Origin: Candidatus Peribacter sp.
GTDB lineage: Bacteria > Patescibacteriota > Gracilibacteria > Peribacterales > Peribacteraceae
Direction of reading: 5' to 3'
DNA length: 64,000 nucleotides
NCBI GenBank assembly: GCA_018652955.1
Contig: JABIBA010000013.1
Coordinates: forward strand, 55,880 to 119,879
Positions 9,616-20,703 of this stretch are shown in pieces. How positions within the stretch are numbered: position 1 is the stretch's first letter; the number at the start of each line of letters is the position of its first letter. The notes beneath the pieces were generated by a model. That model had not been told where the DNA came from. It saw nothing but the letters and a program-made list of their open reading frames with translations, and ran no database searches. The position numbers were made by a program, and so were the translations under genes.

Positions 9616-10659
9616 CTACTGATCTCCACCGCAGGAATCAAGAGTTTGGGCAATGATTTTTGCTATCTGTAAAGCGGCGTCTGACTTGTTGAGTGTGGCA
9701 AATTTCTGTCCCATCTCCCCTCGCAATTTTGCATCAGCAATAAGTGCATGCACTGTGGGTAATAATTTTTTAGAGAGGTCTGATTGTTCAAGATGAGTAC
9801 ATCCATACTGCGCTGCAATTTTTGCATTGTTATATTGATGATCATGACCAACTCCCCGCAGTGGAATGACAATGCTTGCAATAGCATTGGCAGAAAGTTC
9901 TGCAAGGGAACCAGCCCCTGCTCTACTGATTGCAAGATCTGTCGCTGCGTAAAAGTGTGCGAGTTCTTCGTTCACAAATTCTGTTTGATAGTAATGATTT
10001 GTGTTGGGGAGTTGCGCGTTATATTTTCCGCGGCCTGTTACGTGGATGATGTCACATCGAAGCAGGAGGTCGTCGAGTTGCTCGAAAACAATTTCATTAA
10101 TAGCTTTGGCTCCTTGGCTTCCACCCATTACAAGTAGCACAGGCTTTGTTCCATCGAATCCTGTAATGCGCAGTCCTTCCTCTTTAGATCCATCTGTCAC
10201 TCCTGTACGTAGTGGGTTACCTGTGTGGTTATGTCTAGAGGGAAACCCTGTACAGATTTGCTTCGCCCATCGAGCAACAATTCTATTTGCGTGTCCGCTT
10301 ACGGAATCTGATTCGTGCATCACGATAGGAATTCTTTTTTTCTTTGCAGCAAAACATAGTGGAAGACTAACGTAGCTGCCCTTTGAAAATATGATGTCAG
10401 GTTTTTGTATGTCGAGAATTTTTTTCGCATGCATCACCGCTATTAAAAATGCGAACGGAAAAAGCACCGATGTTCGTGGTGCCTTGAGCACGGAATACGA
10501 AAGCTGATTGTCTTCCAAAAATTGTGCATCGTCTCTTCTTGGACTGCAGACAAAATGTGCCTTCGCATCTGGGATCAACGTATTACATTCTTGCCACACA
10601 GCAACCGCGGGTGCGATGTGTCCAACGGAGCCGCCACCAACAAAGAGGATATTCGTCAT
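9616..10659 (-). CDS. murG: Lipid I N-acetylglucosaminyltransferase
   Basis: GGGSVGHIAP, HESD, TGNPLR, GGSQGA, SRAGAGSLAE and HQYNNA motifs; adjacent to ftsW. Confidence 0.93.
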   Translation of the reverse strand: MTNILFVGGGSVGHIAPAVAVWQECNTLIPDAKAHFVCSPRRDDAQFLEDNQLSYSVLKAPRTSVLFPFAFLIAVMHAKKILDIQKPDIIFSKGSYVSLPLCFAAKKKRIPIVMHESDSVSGHANRIVARWAKQICTGFPSRHNHTGNPLRTGVTDGSKEEGLRITGFDGTKPVLLVMGGSQGAKAINEIVFEQLDDLLLRCDIIHVTGRGKYNAQLPNTNHYYQTEFVNEELAHFYAATDLAISRAGAGSLAELSANAIASIVIPLRGVGHDHQYNNAKIAAQYGCTHLEQSDLSKKLLPTVHALIADAKLRGEMGQKFATLNKSDAALQIAKIIAQTLDSCGGDQ

Positions 10660-10675
10660 GAGTGAGTAGTATCTA

Positions 10676-11869
10676 CTAATACGCTCTGCTTGCCCTAGGA
10701 TTTCGCTTCCTTTGTTGTGTTTTTCGCTCTACGGCCATTGCTTGGGTTGAATGCATCGAAATATTGATGAGAATACCCGTCGCAAGGAGCAAGGAAACAA
10801 GCGAAGACCCTCCATAGCTAATAAAGGGCATGGTGATACCCGTAAGAGGGAATAGAGACAAGTTTACCGCCATATTCAGCAATGTTTGTGCCGCAACCCA
10901 GGTGGTAATACCGGTAGCTACTAAGAAGCCAAAGCGGTCAGGGGCTTCCATGGCAGTCCTATATCCGCGGTGTACGAAGATGGCATACATGCTGAGGATA
11001 ATCATCAGGCGCATGAATCCAAGTTCTTCTGCCATCGCAGCAAAGATGGTGTCGCTTTGTACCTCGGGGAGGTATCCGAATTTCTGAATAGACTTTCCGT
11101 ACCCGAGACCAAAGAATCCTCCAGATCCTATGGCGATGAGAGCTTGTTTTATCTGAAATCCGATCGTCTCACTGATAGAAGGATCATCGGGCGTGAGAAA
11201 CGCTTTAAATCGGTTTTGGATGTATTGCTTCTGTAAAATAATTGGCAGACCAATTGTTGCTGCCATAGAACCTCCCAAGATCACGTGGAAAATATTTCCT
11301 CCTGCAACAAAGAACATCACGACTGCGATAGAGGAGAGTACGAGGAACGAACCAAGGTCTGGTTGCAGTGCAACGAGTACAGTTGATAAAGAAAGAAGAA
11401 TAGCAAAGGGAATAAATCCGTCTTTCCATGTCCCGATAAGCTGCTCACGTTTTTGAAGCCACAGTGCCAGATAAAAAATCATCGTCATCTTCAGGAACTC
11501 AGATGGTTGCAAAGAGAACGGCCCGAGTCGCAACCAACTGTATGCCGTTCCGTAGTCCGCACTAATTCCCGGAAGGAATACCATTAGTAGTAGTACGAGT
11601 GTTACGAGGAATAGGGGCATCGCGAGACGTTCCCATACGCGATAGGGAATGATCATCGTGCAAAACATCGCACAGAATCCTACAAGCACGTGGAAGAAGC
11701 TTCTCAATAGATAAAATGAATTACTGGTTTCTTCACGGAGTCCCTGGGCTACAAGACGCGTGGTAATTTGATAACTTTCAAACACCGATACACTCGCAAT
11801 CATCGCAAGTCCAAAGAGTACGAGCACCGCTGCAAGGCCGAAGAGCAGGAGATCCATTCTTCTAAACAT
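10676..11869 (-). CDS. ftsW: SEDS peptidoglycan glycosyltransferase FtsW
   Basis: SLQPSEFLK, QPDLGS, YLPEVQSDTIFA, EELG and PLTGITMPFISYGGSSL motifs; next to murG. Confidence 0.88.
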   Translation of the reverse strand: MFRRMDLLLFGLAAVLVLFGLAMIASVSVFESYQITTRLVAQGLREETSNSFYLLRSFFHVLVGFCAMFCTMIIPYRVWERLAMPLFLVTLVLLLMVFLPGISADYGTAYSWLRLGPFSLQPSEFLKMTMIFYLALWLQKREQLIGTWKDGFIPFAILLSLSTVLVALQPDLGSFLVLSSIAVVMFFVAGGNIFHVILGGSMAATIGLPIILQKQYIQNRFKAFLTPDDPSISETIGFQIKQALIAIGSGGFFGLGYGKSIQKFGYLPEVQSDTIFAAMAEELGFMRLMIILSMYAIFVHRGYRTAMEAPDRFGFLVATGITTWVAAQTLLNMAVNLSLFPLTGITMPFISYGGSSLVSLLLATGILINISMHSTQAMAVERKTQQRKRNPRASRAY

Positions 11870-11883
11870 AGATCCATTGTAGC

Positions 11884-12729
11884 TTAAAGCTTATTGATGC
11901 CGCGCAAAAAAGCTTTGCGGTGTCTTCCTGCCATTGTAGGAAGTAGTGCGGCTACAGAGTACGCCATCTTCTTCCATCCTCGTGGCAGACGATCGAACTC
12001 TGGTACTGCCTTCGCAAGAACGACTGCAGCTTTTCCAATTGTTTCCATTCGCCTCAGGGAGTCTTCCATTGTAATGACATGATGATGAAAGCCGAGAGAC
12101 TTCGACTCAAAGTACACACGTACACCAGCGTTTTTTAGCCTGTTTCCCCACTCAACATCTTCCCAACCATATAATGCGATATCGTCACGAAAGGAAATAC
12201 GCTCGGCCACCTCTGTCGGCAGACTAATGTTTGCTGTGTACGAATATTGATGCTGCATGTTTTTTGGCAAAATGCCTCCTGCGTACTTCTGTATCTTTGG
12301 ATAGCCAAATTGCCATCCGCTTTGCATGAGCCATTTCATAACAGCTGTCACCTCGATGTCGTGTGCCCACTCGATAGAACCAAGCACGGCAATGGGTGTA
12401 CTGGCGTGCTCGTGAGCTTCGACATGAAGCGCACAAGCGTCGGGTGCCAAAAGAATATCATCACCGATAAATAGCAAGGTGGACGAGCGTGCTTTTTGCA
12501 CTCCTTTGTTCCTTGCGACCCCTTGATGACATGGCGAAATTGTTTCAAAAGATACAGGTATTTGCCAAGCAGAGTTGGCTATACGTTCGTACTCCTTGTC
12601 ATTTTGGACATCATTGATCACGATGACCTCGATATCCTCTGCGATGGTCTGTGACTCCAAATGCGTCAGGCATTTTTCGAGGATATTCGCCCTATTATGG
12701 GTAGGAATGATGACGGAAAGAAGAGGCAT
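11884..12729 (-). CDS. Glycosyltransferase family 2
   Basis: SVIIPTHNR, ARNKG, FIGDD and YGWEDVEWG motifs. Confidence 0.9.
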   Translation of the reverse strand: MPLLSVIIPTHNRANILEKCLTHLESQTIAEDIEVIVINDVQNDKEYERIANSAWQIPVSFETISPCHQGVARNKGVQKARSSTLLFIGDDILLAPDACALHVEAHEHASTPIAVLGSIEWAHDIEVTAVMKWLMQSGWQFGYPKIQKYAGGILPKNMQHQYSYTANISLPTEVAERISFRDDIALYGWEDVEWGNRLKNAGVRVYFESKSLGFHHHVITMEDSLRRMETIGKAAVVLAKAVPEFDRLPRGWKKMAYSVAALLPTMAGRHRKAFLRGINKL

Positions 12730-12842
12730 ATCATCGGTATTATCCCGTAATAACTACAAAGAACTAAGTATTATGGGCTTTTTCCTGAAAATGCACTTTT
12801 TTGGCTTTCCTTTGCGTATAAGAGTGCTAGATTGTTCTAAAA

Positions 12843-14141
12843 ATGAATGCTGAAAATCAGGTAAACGGCAACGGGAGCAGTGCTTCTACAGAGACGGAAG
12901 CGGCATCCTTGACCAAGAAAGAGGCAGCAGAAATGTTTAATGTATCAGAAAAAACGATCGATAGATGGGGGCAAAAATACGAGTTACCTGTAGCGCCGAT
13001 GGGTGCGAACGGATGTCGGCAAAAGAGATATGTTCTTGCAGGATTGCGGCAATTTAGCGAAAAGTATCAGGAGGTTGTGGAGCGTGCAGGTTCATTTAGT
13101 TTGATGAGTGACGAAGAGCGCAGGGGGTATTTATCTCGAGGAGAAGCATTGCTGGAGTCTGGGAAGACTCGCATAGAGGTTATCAGAACTCTTGCGCAAG
13201 AGAGTGGGCGGTCACGAGAAGCAATACGGTATTTACTAAAGGGCATTAATGTAATGAGCCTTAAGGAGAGAGAACAATGCGCGAGGACACAAGAAGCATC
13301 TCAGTGGAATTTGAAACATATTCCTACAGAGGAGTTTCTTGAGCCAGATGCAGAAAAACGTATTTTTACTCCTACTCCCGAGAACGAAAAGGCAAGAAGG
13401 ACGAAGCCGCCTGCAGGACTTCCTCCGTACCTTGCCTCGTTGTACGAGACTCCACTGATGTCTCGTGAGCAGGAGCAGCATGTATTTCGACGGTTACATT
13501 TTGCACTATTTCGTGTGTCACAAATCTTGCCTGAAGATCTTAGTCAGGTGACACAGGAAGAATTGGAACAGGCACAGAAATATATGCAGATCGCTACCGA
13601 AGACGAACAGTTTATTATTAAGTCCAATCTTCGCCTGCCTGTGAGCATTGCTAAAAAATTTGCAAGAGGAGAGGAGATGTTTGATTTAGTGAGTGACTAT
13701 AATATGTCGCTAATGAAAGCAGTTAGAATGTTTGATTATTCTCGTGGATTTAAGTTTAGTACGTATGCTACGTATGCAATAAAAAATAATGCTTCTCGTG
13801 AGTTCGATAAGGAAAACGCACGCAAGAGGCACTTTGCAAATGGAAAAGGAGAAATGCTCGACGAGACCGCAGACACACGCTCGGATGAGACGGCTCTATT
13901 AATAGAGCAGGGAAGGAATGAAGAACAAGCCAGGGAGCTCATGAGTTGTCTGGACGATCGAGAAGTAGAGATCATTTGCAGGCGATACGGCTTTGGTATT
14001 GAGGAGCCGGAAACACTTAAGACTGTTGGCGAAGCTCTTGGTGTAACGAAGGAGCGTATTCGCCAAATACAAAGTAGGGCCGAAAGAAAAATGCGAGAGT
14101 TAAGTACGCTACAATCAAGATCAAAGACTCAATCATTTTAG
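12843..14141 (+). CDS. Sigma-70 family factor with an extra N-terminal excisionase/MerR-like HTH
   Basis: Region 2 SNLRLPVSIAKKF...FDYSRGFKFSTYATYAI; region 4 ETLKTVGEALGVTKERIRQIQSRA; N-terminal LTKKEAAEMFNVSEKTIDRW HTH. Confidence 0.9.
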   Translation: MNAENQVNGNGSSASTETEAASLTKKEAAEMFNVSEKTIDRWGQKYELPVAPMGANGCRQKRYVLAGLRQFSEKYQEVVERAGSFSLMSDEERRGYLSRGEALLESGKTRIEVIRTLAQESGRSREAIRYLLKGINVMSLKEREQCARTQEASQWNLKHIPTEEFLEPDAEKRIFTPTPENEKARRTKPPAGLPPYLASLYETPLMSREQEQHVFRRLHFALFRVSQILPEDLSQVTQEELEQAQKYMQIATEDEQFIIKSNLRLPVSIAKKFARGEEMFDLVSDYNMSLMKAVRMFDYSRGFKFSTYATYAIKNNASREFDKENARKRHFANGKGEMLDETADTRSDETALLIEQGRNEEQARELMSCLDDREVEIICRRYGFGIEEPETLKTVGEALGVTKERIRQIQSRAERKMRELSTLQSRSKTQSF

Positions 14142-14143
14142 AT

Positions 14144-14713
14144 ATGCATACACTCTTTCTAGATCTCGCTTCTCACGACGCACTTATTGCCTGCTGCGAT
14201 GAGCAGCATACGGTCGCTTCGCAGTCAGTTCATGCGCGTATTGGAGATCACGAAGTGATCCCCATGATTGAGAAGGTATTGGCAGAGGCAGGATGGAAGT
14301 TTGAAGACCTTGAGCGTATCGCATGCATAGTCGGACCTGGAGGGTTCACTTCTCTGCGCGTTGCGGTGACATTTGCCAATGTACTTGCAGATCAGTTGCA
14401 GATTCCTTCTGTAGGGATTCATCTATCAGATCTTTATCAGGCTCGATCGCAAGACTCAGAGGTGTACTGGGTACACTCTACAAAGAAAGATCAGCTATTT
14501 ATTCGAGGAGGGCAGTGGGAAGAGCCGACTCTTATTTCTTTGGATGAGCTCCCAACTGTGTCTTGGATGGGGGAGCTTATTGATGAACACCGAGAAGTTA
14601 TCAAATCAGATCCAGTCACTCTTCAGCCTATTGAAGAAGTTCTTCCTGCCCTACTGCACAGCCAAAAATATGATCAGGAAATAGTGACTCCTTGGTATGG
14701 GAGGGGGTGGTGA
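14144..14713 (+). CDS. tsaB: tRNA t6A biosynthesis protein TsaB
   Basis: LFLDLA start and IACIVGPGGFTSLRVAV motif. Confidence 0.88.
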   Translation: MHTLFLDLASHDALIACCDEQHTVASQSVHARIGDHEVIPMIEKVLAEAGWKFEDLERIACIVGPGGFTSLRVAVTFANVLADQLQIPSVGIHLSDLYQARSQDSEVYWVHSTKKDQLFIRGGQWEEPTLISLDELPTVSWMGELIDEHREVIKSDPVTLQPIEEVLPALLHSQKYDQEIVTPWYGRGW

Positions 14714-14731
14714 TCTGCTATCCTCTGTGCG

Positions 14732-17422
14732 ATGTCTTTAATGGATTCCCTCAACCGGCTACTCGGAGACCCAAACGAGAAGGAGCTTAAGAAGCTCCGT
14801 CCCTATATTGCTAAGGTGAGAGCTGAGCAGGAGAAAGATGAGTACAAGAAGCTCACGCTAGAGGATTTACCAAAGCAGTCTGATGCCTTTCGTGCAAGAC
14901 TTGAAAAAGGAGAGACCGTTGACGCCCTTGTTCCAGAGGCGTTCGCTTTGGTTGCTCGTGCATGTGAACTGCTTACAGGTACAAAGTATAAAGAAGAAGG
15001 CATAGACTTTGTCTGGGAGATTCAAAACCCTTTTGATGTACAGATCATTGGAGGAGTAGCGCTGCACCAAGGAAACGTTGCAGAAATGCGTACGGGTGAA
15101 GGAAAAACATTTGTATGTACCATGCCGATTTACCTGAATGCACTCCTTGGAAAAGGTGTGCACGTTGTTACCGTTAACGATTACCTCGCACGTCGAGATG
15201 CTGCATGGATGAAAGTGTTATACGAAGCACTTGGCTTAACTGTTGGTGTGATCTTGCATGAGAAAAATCACGAAGAACGCCAAGAGGCTTATGGGTGTGA
15301 CGTGACATACGGTACCAACAACGAGTTTGGGTTCGATTACCTGCGTGACAACATGGCAGTAAGTAAAGACCGCCAAGTACAGCGTGGATTGCACTACGCC
15401 ATTGTGGATGAGGTGGACTCTATTTTGATTGATGAAGCGAGGACACCACTAATTATCTCGCAGCCTGCGGGGGAATCGACTACAAAGTATCAGCAGTACT
15501 CTATCTACGTAAAAGAGCTACAAGAGAATGTGCACTACAACAAAGACGAGAAGCAAAAAGCAGCAGTACTCTCTGAAGAAGGTATTAAAAAAATGGAGGA
15601 GCTACTCGGGCTCGAAAACATTTATACCGAAAAAGGATTCGAAGAAGTGCACCACATAGAACAAGCACTCCGTGCGAGCGCTATGTACGAACTGGATACC
15701 GATTACGTTGTTCGTGATGGTGAGGTGATTATTGTTGATGAATTCACAGGACGTTTGATGCCAGGACGTCGTTACAGCCACGGGCTGCACCAAGCTATCG
15801 AAGCTAAAGAAGGTGTAGAAGTGCAGCGTGAAAGCAAAACTCTCGCAACGATTACGTTCCAGAACTACTTTAGGCTTTACGACAAGCTTGCAGGAATGAC
15901 GGGTACTGCAAAAACAGAAGAAGAGGAATTCGAATCTATCTATAAACTTGGCACAATAGTTATCCCTACAAACAAGCCTGTAGTTAGGGCAGATCACGCA
16001 GATGCAATCTACCGAACAGTTGAGGCTAAGTTTATGGCTGTAGCTAAGATGGCACGAGAGATGAATGCAAAAGGACAGCCTGTGCTTATTGGTACGACAT
16101 CAATCGAAAAGTCTGAAGCGCTGAGTTCACTTCTTACAAGTGAGAAGATTGAACACAATGTACTTAACGCCAAACAACATGAAAAAGAAGCGGAGATTGT
16201 CGCAGGGGCTGATCAGCAAAGTGCTATTACTATCGCGACGAACATGGCAGGACGAGGAACAGATATCAAGCTTGGTGACGGTGTAAAAGAAATAGGAGGC
16301 CTTGCAATCCTTGGTACTGAACGTCACGAATCTCGTCGTATCGATAACCAGTTGCGTGGTCGTTCTGGAAGGCAGGGTGACCCAGGAGAAAGCAGGTTCT
16401 TTGTCTCTATGGAAGATGACTTAATGCGTCTGTTTGGTGGAGATCGCTTAAAAGACATGATGGAGAAGCTAAAAGTTCCAGATGATGTTCCTCTAGAAAA
16501 CACTATTGTTTCACGAAGCATCGAAGGTGCGCAGAAGCGTGTCGAAGGAAAGAACTTTGATATTCGTCGTCACACAGTTCAGTACGATGACGTGATGAAC
16601 AAGCACCGAGAAATCATCTATGTACGTAGGCAGAAAATTTTGGATCGTCTTGCAGAAGTAGAACAAGAAGAGGTGCAAGGAGAGCAGCCACTCCACGAAA
16701 ATATCTTAGAGTCACTACGCAACGAAGGATCTGCAATTGTTGAGAGTCATGCTAGGGGAGATGATGCAGAGCGTTGGGATAACAAAGAAATGAGTGAGAC
16801 AGTAGCCACACTGCATCCTGTGCTTGGTCAAAAGTTTACTGAGCAAGTTTTCGCTGCATTCCCAGACAAAGAAACTGCACAGCAAGAACTTGGAGAATTC
16901 TTGGTACACTTCTACGAAGCCAAGTGTGAAGAGGAAGATGCTGCAATGGTCGCGAGGGCAGAGCGTGTTATTACACTACAATCGATTGATACACGATGGA
17001 TGGATCACATTGATGATATGTCTCATTTGCGAGAACAAGTGGCTTTTGCAGGGTTTGCACAGAGAGATCCACTTATTGAGTACAAGGATCAAGGATTCCA
17101 AAGGTTCCAGCAACTTCTTGCGACTGTTGAGAACAGTATTATCAGAATGCTTCTACAGGCGGACTTTGCACAGTTTGCACCGCGCGCGTTCTTGCAAGAT
17201 GCACAAGATGCCCTTGATGGGCTGCAGACAAATGAAGATGTAATAGAAGAAGGGCTTGGACAGGGAGTAGGAGGAGCTGCGAAGCAATCACAGAATCCAA
17301 TAGTTATGAATGCTGATGATCACGCCGCTGCAGGTACTGCTCCACTTTCTGTAGACAAGATTGGTCGAAATGACCCATGCCCTTGTGGTAGCGGAAAGAA
17401 ATATAAGAAGTGCCATGGGTAG
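14732..17422 (+). CDS. secA: Preprotein translocase subunit SecA
   Basis: [51 protein letters not shown] and C-terminal [23 protein letters not shown]. Confidence 0.98.
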   Translation: MSLMDSLNRLLGDPNEKELKKLRPYIAKVRAEQEKDEYKKLTLEDLPKQSDAFRARLEKGETVDALVPEAFALVARACELLTGTKYKEEGIDFVWEIQNPFDVQIIGGVALHQGNVAEMRTGEGKTFVCTMPIYLNALLGKGVHVVTVNDYLARRDAAWMKVLYEALGLTVGVILHEKNHEERQEAYGCDVTYGTNNEFGFDYLRDNMAVSKDRQVQRGLHYAIVDEVDSILIDEARTPLIISQPAGESTTKYQQYSIYVKELQENVHYNKDEKQKAAVLSEEGIKKMEELLGLENIYTEKGFEEVHHIEQALRASAMYELDTDYVVRDGEVIIVDEFTGRLMPGRRYSHGLHQAIEAKEGVEVQRESKTLATITFQNYFRLYDKLAGMTGTAKTEEEEFESIYKLGTIVIPTNKPVVRADHADAIYRTVEAKFMAVAKMAREMNAKGQPVLIGTTSIEKSEALSSLLTSEKIEHNVLNAKQHEKEAEIVAGADQQSAITIATNMAGRGTDIKLGDGVKEIGGLAILGTERHESRRIDNQLRGRSGRQGDPGESRFFVSMEDDLMRLFGGDRLKDMMEKLKVPDDVPLENTIVSRSIEGAQKRVEGKNFDIRRHTVQYDDVMNKHREIIYVRRQKILDRLAEVEQEEVQGEQPLHENILESLRNEGSAIVESHARGDDAERWDNKEMSETVATLHPVLGQKFTEQVFAAFPDKETAQQELGEFLVHFYEAKCEEEDAAMVARAERVITLQSIDTRWMDHIDDMSHLREQVAFAGFAQRDPLIEYKDQGFQRFQQLLATVENSIIRMLLQADFAQFAPRAFLQDAQDALDGLQTNEDVIEEGLGQGVGGAAKQSQNPIVMNADDHAAAGTAPLSVDKIGRNDPCPCGSGKKYKKCHG

Positions 17423-17446
17423 TGGTTTGCTCTATACTGAGCTGCC

Positions 17447-18415
17447 ATGCCAAAGTTGCACCCAATCATCGGACATGCATCCCAGCAAGATCAGTTGCGC
17501 AGCGATTTAGAAAAGGGCAACGTTGCACATGCATATCTCTTTTCGGGCCCTGCGCACCTCGGAAAAATGCCTATGGCTTTGCAGTTTGCGTATGAGCTTT
17601 TGTCTACAGACGTTCCCGATGACGAAAAAGAGCAGATGCAATCACAGTTTGAAAAATTGACGCATCCAGATCTTCTTATTCTTGATCAGCTATGGATGGA
17701 GGAGGTATGTAATGATTGGGACGTTATCGCGAAGACTTCTAATGTGCCACAGATACATCGGTCGAAAGCGCCAAAATCTAAGACAGATATTATCAGCATA
17801 GATGATGTTCGTGCGCTTCATGAGAGACTAATGGATACGGGTTCTGGTACGTATCGCTGTTGCATAATTCGAAGCGTAGAACGCATGAAAGATGCAGCTG
17901 CTAATGCATTCTTAAAGATACTTGAAGAGCCACCGAAAGGACTGGTCTTTATTCTTACGACACAGCATCAAACCTCTTTGCTTCCAACCATTATTTCCCG
18001 CACACGTGTTATTCCATTTCGATGTGTTTCAATGCAAGACATGCATGGCTTATTGGATGGAGTAGCAGAGGATGATAGGAAATTTATATTACATATTACC
18101 TCTGGTGCACCGGGACTTGCGGTACGGCTACGTGATGACCCAGATTTGTTGCGAATGCATCGTACACTCCATACGACAGCACAGTCCTTTTGGAGGACTC
18201 AGTCGCTAAGAGAGCGGTTGCAGATTTTGTCTCCGTTACATAAGCGTGGAAAAGAATCTGATGATCTAATGCTTCATTTAGGGCTAACGTTACGCGAACA
18301 ACCAGTATCAACTGTATGCAAAAATGCAGCGGTATATAGCCAACTTGCTGCGGATTTTCAGACAAATACCCATCGACAACTGTTGTCACAAAAATTTGCG
18401 CTGGCAATAGTTTAA
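17447..18415 (+). CDS. holB: DNA polymerase III delta-prime subunit
   Basis: AHAYLFSGP-HLGK, HPDL, AANAFLKILEEPP and LLPTIISRT motifs. Confidence 0.88.
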   Translation: MPKLHPIIGHASQQDQLRSDLEKGNVAHAYLFSGPAHLGKMPMALQFAYELLSTDVPDDEKEQMQSQFEKLTHPDLLILDQLWMEEVCNDWDVIAKTSNVPQIHRSKAPKSKTDIISIDDVRALHERLMDTGSGTYRCCIIRSVERMKDAAANAFLKILEEPPKGLVFILTTQHQTSLLPTIISRTRVIPFRCVSMQDMHGLLDGVAEDDRKFILHITSGAPGLAVRLRDDPDLLRMHRTLHTTAQSFWRTQSLRERLQILSPLHKRGKESDDLMLHLGLTLREQPVSTVCKNAAVYSQLAADFQTNTHRQLLSQKFALAIV

Positions 18416-18464
18416 TCCAATCACCCTTGCGGAGGATTTTACTAGGGTGTAGCCTTTTTCTCCG

Positions 18465-19226
18465 TTGATTTACATCCTTGTCCTTTTCGGCTCTTTCTTT
18501 GGAATCTGCGCGATACTCGGTGCACGAGTTGCGTTTAAAAATCGTAATGTTCGCAAGTTTGTGCGTGGTATTTCTAAGCGTTCAGAAAAAGCAAAAGAGC
18601 GTGGTCTTACCATGAAAGAAACACGAATAGACAAGCCACATAAGAACCCGCGTGTTTCTGCAATTGAAATGCAGAAGGTGCGCACACTTCTTCGCGAAGC
18701 AGAAAAATCTACTGCGCGTAGAAAGTATGATGAGACAGAAAAACTATTGATTCAAGCACTTACCCTCAGTCCTGAGTCTGTTGAAGTGCGTGCAGAACTT
18801 GCAAAGTTGTATCTGACAATGGAGAGAGACCCTAAGGCAGAAGCACTGTACAGAGAGCTTCTTCTTGATGCAGACGAAGTGAGCTTTCATGCGAACCTTG
18901 GTCTTGCTTGTTATAAGCAGGGAAAATTTGAACATGCGTGCGTGTCGTATCAAGAAGCGCTTAATAGAGATCCTAAGAGCCCAGAGAGAGCAGCAGCTCT
19001 CGGTCGTTGTTGTATGGCTGCAAAAAGATTTTTAGAGGCTGCAGACTTACTGGAAAAAGCATCCGAGCGACTTTCTCGGGATACAGAAATTTTGCATATG
19101 ATTGGAGAGTGTTATGAGCAGCTTGGTGACTTACGTTCTGCAGAAGATGCCTACATGCGTATTCATCGTTTACAACCGTACGACGAAGCAGTGAAGCAAA
19201 AACTCAATGCACTTGCAGGAGTTTAA
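18465..19226 (+). CDS. Membrane-anchored tetratricopeptide-repeat protein
   Basis: N-terminal TM helix and several TPR-like repeats (ANLGLACYKQGKFEHACVSYQEAL). Confidence 0.85.
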   Translation: MIYILVLFGSFFGICAILGARVAFKNRNVRKFVRGISKRSEKAKERGLTMKETRIDKPHKNPRVSAIEMQKVRTLLREAEKSTARRKYDETEKLLIQALTLSPESVEVRAELAKLYLTMERDPKAEALYRELLLDADEVSFHANLGLACYKQGKFEHACVSYQEALNRDPKSPERAAALGRCCMAAKRFLEAADLLEKASERLSRDTEILHMIGECYEQLGDLRSAEDAYMRIHRLQPYDEAVKQKLNALAGV

Positions 19227-19507
19227 CCTTCGACAAGCTCTAGTTCGGTGTCTCCGTTAACTACTGCCTGACATCCGAGGCGCTCGTCTTCATCGGTGAT
19301 ACCCATGTTCTCTTCTTTGTCGTTTCTCTCACCCAAGTTTTCTCCACCGGCTTTTACTTTGCAGAGACATGTTGTGCAGAATCCATTTCCGCCACAGGCG
19401 TGTTCTATAGGCACTCCGTTATCGAGCGCTATTTGTAGAACAGTTTTTCCTGCCGTATCTTCTACTTCTGTTTTTTGGCCGTTGATGACAAATGTTACCT
19501 TTGGCAT
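19223..19507 (-). CDS. fdx: 2Fe-2S ferredoxin
   Basis: HACGGNGFCTTC...RLGCQ (C-x5-C-x2-C...C); divergent from sufC. Confidence 0.92.
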   Translation of the reverse strand: MPKVTFVINGQKTEVEDTAGKTVLQIALDNGVPIEHACGGNGFCTTCLCKVKAGGENLGERNDKEENMGITDEDERLGCQAVVNGDTELELVEG

Positions 19508-19590
19508 CTGCAGAGAGTATGGATCAAGATAGATGAATAATGAAGAGGAAATTCTTCGTAAATCTCAGTGACTAATTCATACTCCTTTTA

Positions 19591-20343
19591 ATGCTTAATG
19601 CACACAATCTTCATATATCGGTAGACGATAAGGAAATCGTTAAGGGCATCGATCTAAACATCGAAGAGGGGCAAATTCACGCCATTATGGGCCCAAATGG
19701 GAGTGGTAAATCTACGCTGGTTAGTACTTTGATGGGACATCCTGGATACACCGTTACGGCAGGATCTGTGGAATTTATGGGCAAAGATCTTCTTGCTCAG
19801 GCTCCGCATGAGAGGGCACAGGCAGGCCTCTTCTTGGCGTTTCAGTATCCTAAAGAGATTGCAGGGGTGACACTACGAAGCTTCTTATTTGCAGCATATA
19901 AAGCACAGATGAAAGTAAGAAATCCAGAGATGAAAGTATCATCACCTATCAAATTTAAAGCATTACTCGAAGGCGCAATGAAAAGCCTCAAGATGGATAC
20001 GGCGTTTGCAGAGCGCTTTGTAAACCAAGGATTCTCTGGTGGAGAAAAGAAAAAAGCTGAGGTGTTGCAGATGCATATCTTGCAGCCGTCACTTGCCTTG
20101 ATGGACGAAACCGATTCTGGACTCGATGTCGATGCATTAAAAATTGTTGCTGACGGTGTAAATGCGTTAAAAGAGCGATCAGACTTTAGCGCACTTGTTG
20201 TGACACACTACGCACGTATCTTAGATCACATTCATCCAGACCATGTTCATGTTATGGTCGACGGAAAAATCGTAGAGAGTGGCGGTAAAGAGTTTGCACA
20301 GCAACTGGAAGAGGGGGGATATGAGAAATATTTGCAAAGCTAA
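19591..20343 (+). CDS. sufC: Fe-S cluster assembly ATPase SufC
   Basis: HAIMGPNGSGKSTL, FLAFQYP, GFSGGEKKK and DETDSGLDVDAL motifs. Confidence 0.96.
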   Translation: MLNAHNLHISVDDKEIVKGIDLNIEEGQIHAIMGPNGSGKSTLVSTLMGHPGYTVTAGSVEFMGKDLLAQAPHERAQAGLFLAFQYPKEIAGVTLRSFLFAAYKAQMKVRNPEMKVSSPIKFKALLEGAMKSLKMDTAFAERFVNQGFSGGEKKKAEVLQMHILQPSLALMDETDSGLDVDALKIVADGVNALKERSDFSALVVTHYARILDHIHPDHVHVMVDGKIVESGGKEFAQQLEEGGYEKYLQS

Positions 20344-20383
20344 AACAAGAAGGGGATACTTATTTCCATTCCCCAATAGCTTT

Positions 20384-20644
20384 ATGGTTAAACAAGTCCT
20401 TGGTGTCTCTCAAGGTATTACTGCACTTGATGAAGATGGAAAATTAGCAGATCTATTAACACAGGTGAATGAACTTCTTGTGCAACAACTTCACAACGGA
20501 CAAGAGGTATTTATGGTGTTAGATGATCCCAATGTAGAAAAGCCAGCAAGAAGAACTCCAACTACACCACAATTCGGTCATGTTTTTGATGATACTGCAG
20601 AAATGTATTCTGGTGGAGTATCAGATGGAAAAATCTGGCAGTAG
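20384..20644 (+). CDS. Small hypothetical protein (86 aa)
   Basis: ATG 20384 (MVKQVLG...) fills the gap after sufC and has the same upstream 11-mer as ssb. Confidence 0.6.
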   Translation: MVKQVLGVSQGITALDEDGKLADLLTQVNELLVQQLHNGQEVFMVLDDPNVEKPARRTPTTPQFGHVFDDTAEMYSGGVSDGKIWQ

Positions 20645-20703
20645 ATTTTCAGTTTTTCTGAAAAAATAGAGTATAATTGTTTTGAATATTCCCCCTTACT
20701 CTT

